From the NCBI RefSeq assembly GCF_028368995.1, contig NZ_JAQNDL010000005.1, forward strand, positions 64,001 to 128,000: a stretch of 64,000 bases of DNA, written 5' to 3'. The notes under the pieces are model-generated. The model did not search any database, was not told the DNA's origin, and saw nothing but the letters and a program-made list of their open reading frames with translations. This document shows positions 47,052-57,176 of this stretch, piece by piece (the stretch's first letter is position 1; every line of letters begins with the position of its first letter). The position numbers and the translations under genes were made by a program. The stretch comes from Nannocystis bainbridge (GTDB lineage Bacteria; Myxococcota_A; Polyangia; Nannocystales; Nannocystaceae).

Positions 47052-48290
47052 ATGGCCACCGAAACGCAACGAGCCGCGCTCGATCGCATGACGCGAGCGC
47101 TCCACCTGTCGGGCGCCGCGGTGTTCGAGTTCGAGGATCTGGCCGCCGACGACCCGCTCGCAGCCGACGCGCCGGCGTTTTACGACGAGCGGGTCGCCGC
47201 GCTGCTCGGGCACCCGGGCGACGCTCCGCCGGTGCTCGGCACCTGGCTCGCCGCGCTTCACCCCGACGAGCGCGAGCGCCTGCGGGCCGCGCGGCGCGAG
47301 CTGTTGCTGGCCGGCGGCAGCGCGTCGATCGAGTACCGCGTGGTCATCGGCGGCGCGACGCGCTGGTGGCAGGAGCAGAGCGAGGCCGCGACGACGCGAC
47401 CGGGCCGCGCCTCGTTGGTCGCCGTCGTCCGCGACATCACCGACGAGCGCAGCGAGCAGGAGGACGCCCGCCGCTCCGTCGAGCTGCTGCGCCAGACCCA
47501 GGCCGCCGGGGCGGTCGGCGGCTGGGAGGTCGACCTCGTCAACAACACGCTCTACTGGACCGCCGAGACCCACCGCCTGCACGAGGTCCCGCCGGGCTTT
47601 GTCCCCGACCTCGCCACCGCCATCAATTTCTACGCCCCCGAGCACGTCCCGATCATCTCCGCGGCCGTCGAACGGTGCATGCGCGGCGAGCCCTACGACG
47701 TCGAGCTCGAGATCGTCACCTACCGCGGCCGTCGCCGCCACGTGCAGGCCGCCGGCGTCCCGTATTACGAGGACGGCCGGCTGATCCGCCTCTACGGCAT
47801 CTTCCGCGACATCACCGACCTGCGCCGCCGCGAGGACGAGCTGCGGGCCCAGATCGAGATCATCGCCCAGCAGGACAGCGCGATCCGCCAGCTCTCGACG
47901 CCGATCATCCAGCTGTGGGACCACATCCTCACCCTCCCGCTGGTCGGCACCATCGACGCCGCGCGGGCGGCCCACATCATGGAGCGGCTGCTCGCCGAGG
48001 TCACGCGCACGCGGGCGCGCTTCGCCATCCTCGACCTCACCGGCGTCGAGGCCCTCGACGACGCCACCGCCGACCACCTGGTCCGCCTGGTCCGCGCCGT
48101 CGACCTGCTGGGTGCCCGCGGCGCCCTGTGCGGCCTCCAGCCCGGCGTCGCCGACTCGCTCACCGCCTCGGGCATCGAGCTCGGCGGCGTCGTCACCTAC
48201 CGCAACCTCCACGAGGCGCTGCAGCGCTGCATCCACGCCCTGGGCCGCGCGCGCCCGAACGTGACGCCGCAGATGTCCTCGCGGACATGA
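47052..48290 (+). CDS. PAS-PAS-STAS protein (RsbR-like)
   Basis: Two PAS/PAC domains (RDITD); LSTPIIQLW..ILTLPLVGTIDAARA, ILDLTGV. Confidence 0.9.
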   Translation: MATETQRAALDRMTRALHLSGAAVFEFEDLAADDPLAADAPAFYDERVAALLGHPGDAPPVLGTWLAALHPDERERLRAARRELLLAGGSASIEYRVVIGGATRWWQEQSEAATTRPGRASLVAVVRDITDERSEQEDARRSVELLRQTQAAGAVGGWEVDLVNNTLYWTAETHRLHEVPPGFVPDLATAINFYAPEHVPIISAAVERCMRGEPYDVELEIVTYRGRRRHVQAAGVPYYEDGRLIRLYGIFRDITDLRRREDELRAQIEIIAQQDSAIRQLSTPIIQLWDHILTLPLVGTIDAARAAHIMERLLAEVTRTRARFAILDLTGVEALDDATADHLVRLVRAVDLLGARGALCGLQPGVADSLTASGIELGGVVTYRNLHEALQRCIHALGRARPNVTPQMSSRT

Positions 48291-48371
48291 CCCATCGGAC
48301 ATGCCCCTTCGGGCCTGTCCTGTCGTCCATGCCCCGAAGGACATGCCCGTGGGCGCATGTCCTCCGGCGCC
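48274..48371. repeat. Phased array of 7 14-bp palindrome units
   Basis: TGTCCTCGCGGACA|TGACCCATCGGACA|TGCCCCTTCGGGCC|TGTCCTGTCGTCCA|TGCCCCGAAGGACA|TGCCCGTGGGCGCA|TGTCCTCCGGCGCC. Confidence 0.92.
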
Positions 48372-48377
48372 GCCGCC

Positions 48378-50351
48378 TCAGGGCAGCTTGGTGATGCGGT
48401 CGAGCGCCGGCGGCGCGACCGGCGAGTGGTCGGCGAAGTAGTCCTGCAGCGCCTGCATGTCGGTCACCCCGCCGACGCGGTCGGTCCCCGCCGGAAACAC
48501 GCTGAAGCCGTCGCCGCCGTCGGCCAGGTAGTTGATGGTCGCCACCCGGTACTCCTGAGCCGGCGCCAGCACGACGCCGTTCAGCTCGATGCTGGACGGA
48601 TCGATCTTCGACCCGACCGGCGCGCTCGCGCTCCAGGCGTAACTGAAGCCCTGCGACACCTGCAGCACGTTCGGCTGCACGTTGGCGCCGAACTGCTGCT
48701 CGAGCAGCGCTTCGATCTGCGCCCCCGTCAGCGTCACCACCACCAGGTTGTTGCCGAACGGCTGGACCGTGAAGCCCTCGCCGTAGCTGACGATGCCGTC
48801 GACCGGCTCGTCGCCCGACTTCGGGAACGTCAGGTCGGCCCGCACCCCGCCCGGGTTCATGAACGCGATCTTGGCCCCGCCGAGCAGCGGGTCCTCCGTC
48901 GCGTCGAGGATCATGTCGGCCACCACCGCGCCCATCGTCGAGAGCCCGGCCGAGTCGTTCGGCGCCGCCTTCAGCAGCGTGGCCGTGATCGTGCCGATCT
49001 GCTGGTTCGCCAGCGGCGCCGCCAGCTGCTTGTACATGGCCACGAACGCCTCGATCACCGGGTCCGGCGTCTCGCGGGTCACGACCACGTTCTCCGCCGT
49101 GATCGCGGTGACCTCGCCGGTCTTGCTGCTGATCTCGAGGTCGATGTCGGTCAGCATGCGGCCGAACGAGGCGGCGCTGGTCACCACCTTGTCGGCGATC
49201 ACGCAGTTGTAGGCCTGGTGGGTGTGGCCGCTGACGACCAGGTCGACCGCGTCGTCGAGGCCCTCGACGATGTCGACGATCGGCCCCGAGATCCCGGGAC
49301 ACTCGTTGAAGTAGCCGCCCTGCAGCCCGCCCTCGTGGATCAGCACCACGATCGCATGGGCGCCCATGGCGGCCAGCTCGGGCACCACCGCGTTGATCCG
49401 CTCGACCTCGTCGGCGAAGGTGAGCCCCGCGATCCCGCCCGGCGAGACGATGCTGCCGGTCGCCGCCAGCGTGAGGCCGATGAAGCCGATCTTCACGCCC
49501 TCGACCGTGTGCACCGCGTAGCTGGGGAACAGCGTCTCGACCGGGTCGTCCTGCGTCAGCACGTTGGCGGCCAGGAACTGGAACGACGCCCCGGGGAACG
49601 GCGTGTCGTCGCCGCAGCCGTCGACCGGGTGGCAGCCGCCGTCCTGCATGCGCAGCAGCTCGGCCGCGCCGTCGTCGAACTCGTGGTTGCCGACGGCGTT
49701 GTAGTCGAGCCCGATCGTGTTCATCGCCTCGATCGTCGGCTCGTCGTGGAACAGCGCCGACACCAGCGGCGAGGCGCCGATCAGGTCGCCGGCCGAGACC
49801 ACGATCGTGTTGGGGTTCTGCTCGCGCAGCGCGGCCACGTGGTGGGCCAGGTAGGCCGCGCCGCCGGCGTCGACCGAGCTGTCGTCGGGCAGCTTGACCT
49901 TGCCGCCGCTGCCGGCCGGCGGCTCGAGGTTGCCGTGGAAATCGTTGAACGCGACGATCTGCACCTTCACGAAGGTCTCCTCGCCGCCGGTCGTCTCGCC
50001 CGTCGTGTCGGTGGTGTCGACCGTCGTCTCGCTGTCCGTGGTGACGACGGTGGTGCTGCTGACGCCGTCGGTCGTGTCGGTCGTCGTCGTCGTCGTCGTG
50101 CCGTCCGTCGTCCCCGGCTCGGTGGTCTCGGCGACCGTGGTGTCCGTGCTCGTGGTGCTGGTGGTCGGATCGTCGGTCGTCGGCCCCGCCGTGCTCGTCG
50201 GCGCGGCGTCGGTCGTGCTGGTGTCGGTGTCGTCGGTGGTCGACGCCATCGTCGCCGTGTCACCGCCGTCGGTCCCGCTGCACCCGCCCATTGCGAGCGC
50301 GAGCGCCCACATGGGCGCCCGCAAGGTATGCATCCAATTCGCTGCCTGCAT
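48378..50351 (-). CDS. 5'-nucleotidase / bifunctional metallophosphatase lipoprotein
   Basis: MGGC lipobox, Thr-rich stalk, NDFHG, AGDLIG, GNHEFD, HEG, SGHTH, NPGGVR, QPFGN. Confidence 0.93.
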   Translation of the reverse strand: MQAANWMHTLRAPMWALALAMGGCSGTDGGDTATMASTTDDTDTSTTDAAPTSTAGPTTDDPTTSTTSTDTTVAETTEPGTTDGTTTTTTTDTTDGVSSTTVVTTDSETTVDTTDTTGETTGGEETFVKVQIVAFNDFHGNLEPPAGSGGKVKLPDDSSVDAGGAAYLAHHVAALREQNPNTIVVSAGDLIGASPLVSALFHDEPTIEAMNTIGLDYNAVGNHEFDDGAAELLRMQDGGCHPVDGCGDDTPFPGASFQFLAANVLTQDDPVETLFPSYAVHTVEGVKIGFIGLTLAATGSIVSPGGIAGLTFADEVERINAVVPELAAMGAHAIVVLIHEGGLQGGYFNECPGISGPIVDIVEGLDDAVDLVVSGHTHQAYNCVIADKVVTSAASFGRMLTDIDLEISSKTGEVTAITAENVVVTRETPDPVIEAFVAMYKQLAAPLANQQIGTITATLLKAAPNDSAGLSTMGAVVADMILDATEDPLLGGAKIAFMNPGGVRADLTFPKSGDEPVDGIVSYGEGFTVQPFGNNLVVVTLTGAQIEALLEQQFGANVQPNVLQVSQGFSYAWSASAPVGSKIDPSSIELNGVVLAPAQEYRVATINYLADGGDGFSVFPAGTDRVGGVTDMQALQDYFADHSPVAPPALDRITKLP

Positions 50352-50855
50352 AATCGCTTACTCCCGAAGTCGGGCGTGCATACCACGAGCCTCCGCGGCG
50401 AATTGTCACGGCCACGACAAGCTCACGTCGCTATCGCCATTCACGGAGCGGTCCCCGAGGCCCCGTCCGGCCCGGCCCGAGCCGCACGCGCCCCCGAAAC
50501 GCGCGGCTCAGCCCCCACGCCGATCTGCGAACACCAGTGGATGTCTCTTCGGCCACTCGCATGATTCGCAGCGCCGTCGCTCGGGGCTTGGTGTGTACAT
50601 TGAATCAATGATGAGAGATCATCGCTCGTCCGCGCTTCGCATCATTCACGCGAGCCGGCGAGTGGCGGGCGAACCCGCGCCGTTCGACGCGCCATCGCCC
50701 GACACCGCAGCGCTCCCCCGGCCGCCGGCCCCATCTTTTCAGAGATGGGAAATGACTGTTGCCTGCGTCCTGGCGGTACTGACCCGGGGGCGCGCGCCCC
50801 TAGCTCACAGCAATCCGTTCAGTACGCGGCGCGCGCCGCCGTGCTACCAGAAGCC

Positions 50856-51464
50856 ATGTCCGACTGGTCCCGAGACAGGCTCGTGCGCGCGCTCGACAGC
50901 CGCGATCCGGCCGAACTGCAGGCGCTCGTGACCGAGATCGAGCCGCCCGTCGTCGCCGGCCGCGCCCTGCTGTTTCACAAGAAACCGTGGCTCCGCGTCG
51001 GTCCCGAGCGCAGCAAGGAGGACGACGTGCAGTCCGTGCTGACATACCTGTTCAATCGCGACGCGAGGGTCCTCCGCAAGTTCGGCGAGAGCCCCGATTT
51101 CGTCCACAAGGAGGGCGCGCTGCGGCGATTCGTGATGGGAGTCACGATGCTTTGCCTGCAGAAGCTGTGTCGTAAACGGGCCCTCGCCTGGGAACTCCTG
51201 GAAGAGGACATGACCCCGACCGATCCCAGCGACCCTCCGGGCTCGAGCATCGAGGTGCTCGACCGCTGGATGGACGCGCGCCGGGCCGTCGGCGCGCTGT
51301 CGCCGGGCGACCAGCAACTGTTCGAGCTCGTCTATGACCAGCAACTATCGCAGGACGAGCTGTGCGAGCGGCTCGGCATCTCGGTGCAGACCTATCAACA
51401 GCGCAAATCGCGGCTCTTGCGGCGGCTCGCGCAGTTCTTGAAGCCCCAGGGAGAATCGGCATGA
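50856..51464 (+). CDS. ECF-like sigma factor
   Basis: EDDVQSV...LRKF region 2-like segment; region 4 ELCERLGISVQTYQQRKSRL. Confidence 0.75.
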   Translation: MSDWSRDRLVRALDSRDPAELQALVTEIEPPVVAGRALLFHKKPWLRVGPERSKEDDVQSVLTYLFNRDARVLRKFGESPDFVHKEGALRRFVMGVTMLCLQKLCRKRALAWELLEEDMTPTDPSDPPGSSIEVLDRWMDARRAVGALSPGDQQLFELVYDQQLSQDELCERLGISVQTYQQRKSRLLRRLAQFLKPQGESA

Positions 51465-52174
51465 AGGCCCCAGCGAGCACCACGAACCCCGCGACCGCGG
51501 ACGACGACGCGCTCGAGCAGGAGCTGCGCGCCCTGGGCGACATCCCCGAGCCGTGGCTGGCCGTCGGCGAGGGCCGCGTCGCGCCCGAGGCCGCGTTCCC
51601 GGGCGACCCCGCCCTGCGCGAACAGCTGGCGCCGCTCGACCCGTCGGCGCGCGCGCGCATGGCCGCGCACGCGCTCGCCACCCTCGCCGCCCCTGCCGCC
51701 GCGCCCGCGACCCCGCGGGCCGACAACGTGGTCCCGCTGGCCCCGCGGCGCGCTCGCTGGCTGGCCTGGACCGCCCCGCTCGTGGCCGCCGCTGCCGTGC
51801 TGCTGCTGGTCTTCTGGCCCGGCGGCCCGGCGCTCGACGGCACCGGCGCCGCCGAGGTGCGCGTATTCTCGGCCCTGCGCGGCGACGAGGCCGGCGGGAC
51901 CGAGCTGCGCGTCGCCGGCGGCGAGCACTTCTATCTCGAGTGCCGTGGCGACGATTCGCTCGAGATCGTGGCAGTGCGGGCCACCAAAGTCGGCGCTCCA
52001 GCCGACCCGCGGCTGCTCGGCGGCAAGCCGGCGCCGCAAGCCGACCGCGGCGAAACCCTGCACGTCCTCGCCGACCTCGGCCGCGGCGCGTGGGACGTGA
52101 CCTGCGGCGCGCGGCACCTGAAATCGGGGCAGTTCGTGTGGCTCGGCCCGCCCGCCCGCATCCACGTCGAATAG
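51461..52174 (+). CDS. Putative anti-sigma factor (single TM)
   Basis: ATGA overlap with the sigma gene; NVVPL..RR followed by TM LVAAAAVLLLVFW and a small beta-rich external domain. Confidence 0.65.
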   Translation: MKAPASTTNPATADDDALEQELRALGDIPEPWLAVGEGRVAPEAAFPGDPALREQLAPLDPSARARMAAHALATLAAPAAAPATPRADNVVPLAPRRARWLAWTAPLVAAAAVLLLVFWPGGPALDGTGAAEVRVFSALRGDEAGGTELRVAGGEHFYLECRGDDSLEIVAVRATKVGAPADPRLLGGKPAPQADRGETLHVLADLGRGAWDVTCGARHLKSGQFVWLGPPARIHVE

Positions 52175-52189
52175 CCATTCGGGGCAGCG

Positions 52190-54427
52190 ATGAATCCGGC
52201 GATCCTGGCAGCGACGCTGTGGCTCCGGATCACCGGCCCCGAACCGGCGCCGGGCCCGGCCGCGACGCTGCGCGAGGAGCGACGCGCGGCCCACCGCAGC
52301 GGTGAGCCGCGACGCGAGCTCGAGCTCGTCCAGCGCGAGCTCGCCGCGCTCGCCGCTGATTCGCAGCAGCTCGCCGCCGCTTGCGACGCCGTCCAGGCCG
52401 GGTATCGCGTGTGCAGCGAGCGGCTGCCCGAGCTCGGCTGCGCTGGCGGGTATCTCCAGCGCTACGCCGACACTGGCTGCCTGACCGATGCGCTGCAATG
52501 GCCGCGCTATCACTATATGTGGGCCCTGCACTGGCAGCGGCAGCTCGAATTCACCGAGGCCCTCGCGGCCCTGCGGCGCGTCGTCGAAGCGGCCCAGCCG
52601 CTGTTCCTCGCGCGCCTGTTTCGCAGCGATCCGCAGGGCGCCGCCGAGTTCCTCGACCTCACCCGCGACCTCGCCGCCAGCGCCGCCGTGCGCACCGAGA
52701 TCGCCGCCCACCTGCGCAACCGCGTCGCGTGGCAGCGCAGCTTCGCCGCCCTGTCGCTGTTCCTCGAGGTCCTCGCGAGCGAGGGCGACGCCTACGCCGC
52801 GGCGATCCTGCGCAACCAGGTCGCGTGGGGCCTGCTGGTCCTGCGCGAGGCCGGCCTGCAGGTCGCCGACCCGGTCCCGCTGCTGACGGACGCGCTGACC
52901 ACCTTCACCCGCGACGGCACGCGCGACCGCTCGCAGGCCAACAACGTGCGCATCAACCTCGCGCTCGCGGCCCTGCAGCGCGGCGCCCTGGCCGACGTCG
53001 ACCGTGCGCTCGCGGGCCTCGACGACGCCGCCATGAGCCCGGAGGAGCGCATGTGGCTGGACATCGTCCGCCTGCGCGCGGCCCTGGCCCGCGGGCGCCT
53101 CGACGAGGCCGCGCAATGGCAGCAGTCGCTCGCCGACGCCGAGCCCGGCGCGTTCGTGCCGATGGGCCCATGGTTCGTCGCCTGGACCCGCGGCCTCGTC
53201 GCCGAGGCGCGCGGCGATCGTGACGCGGCGATCGCCGCCTACCAGGTCGCCGAAGCCCTGCTCGAGGCCCACGCGCACGCCCGCGACGTCGCCGCCTACG
53301 GCGCAGCCGCCGACGGCCGCTTTCGCATGTTCGCCGCCACCACCCGACGCTTGCTCGACCTGCGGATCGGCGACGGCGACGTCCGGGCCGCGCTCTGGCT
53401 GGCGCGGAACGCCCGCAATCGGGCCCTGCGCATGCACGCCCGCCAATGGTGCCAGGAGGCCGAGCGCCCGCGCGACGACGCTCCCGGCCCCGGCGCGCTG
53501 CACCTGCTGTATTTCCCGCTCGACCCGGCCGGCCCCGGCGACCTCGCCCCCTGGCTCGGCTTCGCCGTCACCGCCGCCGGCGTGCGCGCCGAGCTCCTCG
53601 ACGTCGCGCCCATCGTCGGCGATGCTCACCGCCTGTCCCGGGAGACACTCTCGACATTCAGCGAGCAACTGCTGGCCCCGTTCGCGGCCGACATCGACGC
53701 CGCCGAGGTCGTGACGATCTTCCCCACCGACGCCCTGCACGACCTGCCGTTCCACGCCCTGCCGTGGGACGGCGGCATCCTCCTCGACGCCGCGCCGGTG
53801 CAGTACGGCCTCGACATCGCCGCCTGCGACGACCCCTCGCCGCGCGCCGCCGCGGCCGCGCTGGTCGTCAGCGGCGGCGACTTTGCGTTGCCCGAGGAGG
53901 GTCGCGCCGTCACGGCCGCGCTGCAGGCCGGCGGCGTGCCCGTGCGCCACCTCGCCGCCGAAGCGCCCGAACCGTTCGCGCCGCTGTTGACCGGCGGCCT
54001 CGCGCTCGCGCACCTCGCCGCCCACGGCCAGCACCCGGTCGACGAGGCGGTGTTCGCCGCCGACGTCCAGCTCGTGTTCGGCGGCGCCCGGGTGCTCACG
54101 CGCGAGGCCATCCTCGCCGCGCCGGCGGTGCCGCGGCTCGTCTACCTGTCGGCGTGCCGCTCGTCGTTCGTCGACGCCGACACTCTCGGCGGCGGCCTCA
54201 GCCTCGCCCACGCGTTCCTGCTCCGCGGCGCGCGGCAGGTGGTCGGCTCCGTGCGCGACGTCGACGCCGACGCCACCCGCACCTTCGCGCTCGAGTTCTA
54301 CGCCGCCCTCGCCGCACCGGAGGGCGACGTCGCCGCGGCCTGGCGCACCGCCTACCTGTCCGCTCGCGCCAGCCTCGAGCCGAGCTTGCAGGGCGACCTG
54401 CGAATGCTGCGGCTGTTCGTGCCGTGA
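52190..54427 (+). CDS. TPR-like plus CHAT (caspase-like) domain protein
   Basis: LHDLPFHAL, catalytic HLAAHG and YLSACRS, AFLLRGARQVVGS, FALEFY. Confidence 0.88.
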   Translation: MNPAILAATLWLRITGPEPAPGPAATLREERRAAHRSGEPRRELELVQRELAALAADSQQLAAACDAVQAGYRVCSERLPELGCAGGYLQRYADTGCLTDALQWPRYHYMWALHWQRQLEFTEALAALRRVVEAAQPLFLARLFRSDPQGAAEFLDLTRDLAASAAVRTEIAAHLRNRVAWQRSFAALSLFLEVLASEGDAYAAAILRNQVAWGLLVLREAGLQVADPVPLLTDALTTFTRDGTRDRSQANNVRINLALAALQRGALADVDRALAGLDDAAMSPEERMWLDIVRLRAALARGRLDEAAQWQQSLADAEPGAFVPMGPWFVAWTRGLVAEARGDRDAAIAAYQVAEALLEAHAHARDVAAYGAAADGRFRMFAATTRRLLDLRIGDGDVRAALWLARNARNRALRMHARQWCQEAERPRDDAPGPGALHLLYFPLDPAGPGDLAPWLGFAVTAAGVRAELLDVAPIVGDAHRLSRETLSTFSEQLLAPFAADIDAAEVVTIFPTDALHDLPFHALPWDGGILLDAAPVQYGLDIAACDDPSPRAAAAALVVSGGDFALPEEGRAVTAALQAGGVPVRHLAAEAPEPFAPLLTGGLALAHLAAHGQHPVDEAVFAADVQLVFGGARVLTREAILAAPAVPRLVYLSACRSSFVDADTLGGGLSLAHAFLLRGARQVVGSVRDVDADATRTFALEFYAALAAPEGDVAAAWRTAYLSARASLEPSLQGDLRMLRLFVP

Positions 54428-54556
54428 TGAATGGAGCGAGTGGGACGCCGATCGGACGTCGCCAAACCGCGCAGTGATGACGCTCACTGCATAGTTGCGA
54501 GTCACCGTATCAGCCAGGCCCGGCGCGTGGGCAAGACCTCCATACAGGAGCTCGAC

Positions 54557-56014
54557 ATGGATTACGCGCGAATTTCGACCTCTACACTCTCGGTCCTGGC
54601 GATCACGCTGCTCGCAGCCTCTACTGCCTGCGACGAGGGGCCCGGCGTCCGCTTGCGCGACCTCTCCGACCCTCTCGGCGACCCCCCGCTCGACGAGAGC
54701 CCCGGCGGCAGTTATTGCCGCGGCTGCGTCACCGACTTCCGCGTCCTGCCCGGCGAGACCGCGGGCACGTCTCACCTCGAGCTGTGCGTCGACCTCTCGG
54801 TCAAGCGCGTCGACTCGACCTCGACGCTGCCCGGCGCCGCCGCCAGCCCCGCGTGGTTCTCCGGCATCGCCTGGTCGCTGTGGAGCCGCGCCAACGACGT
54901 CCCCGTGTGCGAGGACTGCGAATTCACGGTGATCACATCGAAGCTCGAGCAGTTCGCCACCATCCGGATCTCCGACCTGCCCGCCGCGATCGCCGACGAC
55001 CTCGTGCGCATGGACATGGTGCTCGGCGCCGACCTCACCGCCTACCCGGCCAACCTGCGCGATTTCCCCAGCGTCGCCATCAGCCACCCCAGCGGCCCGT
55101 GGAGCTGCGGCAACTCCGAAGGCTCCGGCTGGCCCATCCCGCCCGATCCAGGCGGCTACGGCGACGACGACATCCTGCCGGACGACGAGATCGCGGCCGC
55201 CTCGGTCCACCTCACCTACGACTGGCCGCACGGCGGCGTGCGCTCGTGCAGCGGCGTGCTCGTGTCGCCGAGGCACGCGCTGACCGCCGCGCATTGCTTC
55301 CACCCGGACATCGCGCCCAAGCACGTGCGCGCCAGCATCGGCGTGCGTGACCCGGTGCTGCAGGCGATCGCGCCCGACCTCGAGGTCGCCGCGATCATCA
55401 CCCACCCGAGCTGGGACGGCGCCAAGCCGGCCCTCCGGTACGACCTCGCGCTCGTCGAACTCGCCCAGCCCGCGCTCGCCCAGCCCGCCCCGATCGCCGC
55501 GATCGATCCGCTGCTGGGCTGCGACGATTCGGCCGAGGTCTACGGCTTCGGCGTCGGCGCCGTCACGGCCGGTCAGTTCGACTGGGGCATCCTGCGCAAG
55601 GTCCGGCTCGACGCCCAGCCCGAGCTCTGCGTCGATCCCGGGGGCGAGCTGTGCGTCGACCCGCAGACGCTGCTCTCGTTCACCCCGCCTGACGGCCTCT
55701 CCGCCGCCGATCACGGCCTGTGCCACGGCGACAGCGGCGGCCCCGTCGTCGCCGCCTGCGGCGACCAGCGCTTCGTCGTCGGCGTCACCGCGGCGCGCGT
55801 GCTCGGCACCCCGGAGGGCCAGGACACCCCCGACGAGACCCCGCTCGAGCCGCTCGGGGCCGCCTTCGCGTTCACCAAGCACAACGTGTGCGGCCGCGAC
55901 GACGCCGTCGGCTTCGCCGCCACCCGCCTCGACAGCCCCGAGGTGCAGGCATGGCTGGGGAGCGTGATCGAGTGGCCGCACGGGATCGCGCTGCCGCCCC
56001 ACAACGAGAAGTGA
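54557..56014 (+). CDS. S1 trypsin-like serine protease, lipoprotein
   Basis: AGGAG RBS, STAC lipobox, triad ALTAAHC / YDLALV / CHGDSGGP. Confidence 0.9.
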   Translation: MDYARISTSTLSVLAITLLAASTACDEGPGVRLRDLSDPLGDPPLDESPGGSYCRGCVTDFRVLPGETAGTSHLELCVDLSVKRVDSTSTLPGAAASPAWFSGIAWSLWSRANDVPVCEDCEFTVITSKLEQFATIRISDLPAAIADDLVRMDMVLGADLTAYPANLRDFPSVAISHPSGPWSCGNSEGSGWPIPPDPGGYGDDDILPDDEIAAASVHLTYDWPHGGVRSCSGVLVSPRHALTAAHCFHPDIAPKHVRASIGVRDPVLQAIAPDLEVAAIITHPSWDGAKPALRYDLALVELAQPALAQPAPIAAIDPLLGCDDSAEVYGFGVGAVTAGQFDWGILRKVRLDAQPELCVDPGGELCVDPQTLLSFTPPDGLSAADHGLCHGDSGGPVVAACGDQRFVVGVTAARVLGTPEGQDTPDETPLEPLGAAFAFTKHNVCGRDDAVGFAATRLDSPEVQAWLGSVIEWPHGIALPPHNEK

Positions 56015-56118
56015 CGCGCGCGCGCGACGACCTCGCGCGCGCATCCGGCCGCCCGCGCGAGCGAGCGCGGATCCGCGTGCTCCGCCACAGATCGCGCGCG
56101 AACCCGAGACTGGCGCGC

Positions 56119-57135
56119 ATGCCCCTCGCGCTCCCGACCCCCCGCCACCTCCTTCCCCTGGCCGCGCTCGCGTCCGTGCTCGTCGCCTGCCCCAAGCCCG
56201 GCGATCCCGAGCAGGACGACGGCTCGGGCGCGCCTGACGACGGCACCACGGGCACCACGGCCCCCGGCGACAGCGCCGGCGTGGCCCCGACCACCAGCGC
56301 GGGGCCCGGCGACAGCGAGCCAACCAGCGCCGCCACGAGCGACAATTCCACCTCGGGACAGGAACCTTCGGACAGCACGACCGGGCCGCACGACAGCACC
56401 ACGGAGCCCGATCTCGGCGCCTGCCCCGACGATCCCGGGGGCGTCGAGGTCGCGCTCGTGCGGACCGAGCAGGGCCTCGTCACCGACCTCGGCGCGCGCG
56501 CTTGCGGCACCGCCGAGCCGTTCGCCGGCCTGCAGGTGATCGCCGCCGGCACCGATCACCTCGAGCTCTCGCGCTGCGCGGACGCGACCTGCGGCGCCTG
56601 CGATCCCGCTGACGTCCTCGCGCTCGCGCTCGCGCGGCCTGACGACGCCGTCGGCCTGCCCGCGCACCTGAGCGCGGGTGACTGCCTGCAGCTCGAAGTC
56701 GCCTGGACCCGCGCCGGCGCCGATCCGCTGCAGTGCGAGATCGGCGGCCTCGCCGTGCTCGGCCTCCGCCGCGGCCAGCCAGAACCTGTCCCGAAGTTCA
56801 TGTACCGCCACGCCGCCGCCGTCCCGCACGGCGACGACCTCGGCCCGTTCGGCCTCACCGCCGTCCCGCACGGCCCGGGCGCGATCGCCTGCGCGTGCGA
56901 CGGCGACTGCTGCGACGGGCCGCCCGGCGACCGCCGCCTCCGCTTCATCGCCGCCCTGTGGAACGCCGAGATCGAGAGCGGCCCGGTCGATCCCGGCGCC
57001 ACCATCCCGCTGTTCGCCTTCGGCACCCCCGAGGGCGACGACCTCTACGGCGACCTCTCCCTCGTCCGCGCCCGCGTCCCCAGCGACTGCGGCGCGGCCG
57101 GCTACGAGTGGCTGCTGAGCGTCGCCCCCGGTTGA
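56119..57135 (+). CDS. Hypothetical lipoprotein with Thr/Ser stalk and Cys-containing domain
   Basis: LVAC lipobox, T/S/D/G linker. Confidence 0.75.
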   Translation: MPLALPTPRHLLPLAALASVLVACPKPGDPEQDDGSGAPDDGTTGTTAPGDSAGVAPTTSAGPGDSEPTSAATSDNSTSGQEPSDSTTGPHDSTTEPDLGACPDDPGGVEVALVRTEQGLVTDLGARACGTAEPFAGLQVIAAGTDHLELSRCADATCGACDPADVLALALARPDDAVGLPAHLSAGDCLQLEVAWTRAGADPLQCEIGGLAVLGLRRGQPEPVPKFMYRHAAAVPHGDDLGPFGLTAVPHGPGAIACACDGDCCDGPPGDRRLRFIAALWNAEIESGPVDPGATIPLFAFGTPEGDDLYGDLSLVRARVPSDCGAAGYEWLLSVAPG

Positions 57136-57176
57136 GCCTGCGGGCCGCGCGGCCCGGGTGGTAGCATCCGCGACCG

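Noticed and set aside
16078-48371. 14-bp arrays as mini-CRISPRs, transposon ends or p53-type sites
   Set aside because: Spacers are only 4 nt, and no transposase or target-site duplications are seen. The RRRCATGYYY match arises at unit junctions, while isolated copies show the unit is TGYCY-N4-RGRCA.
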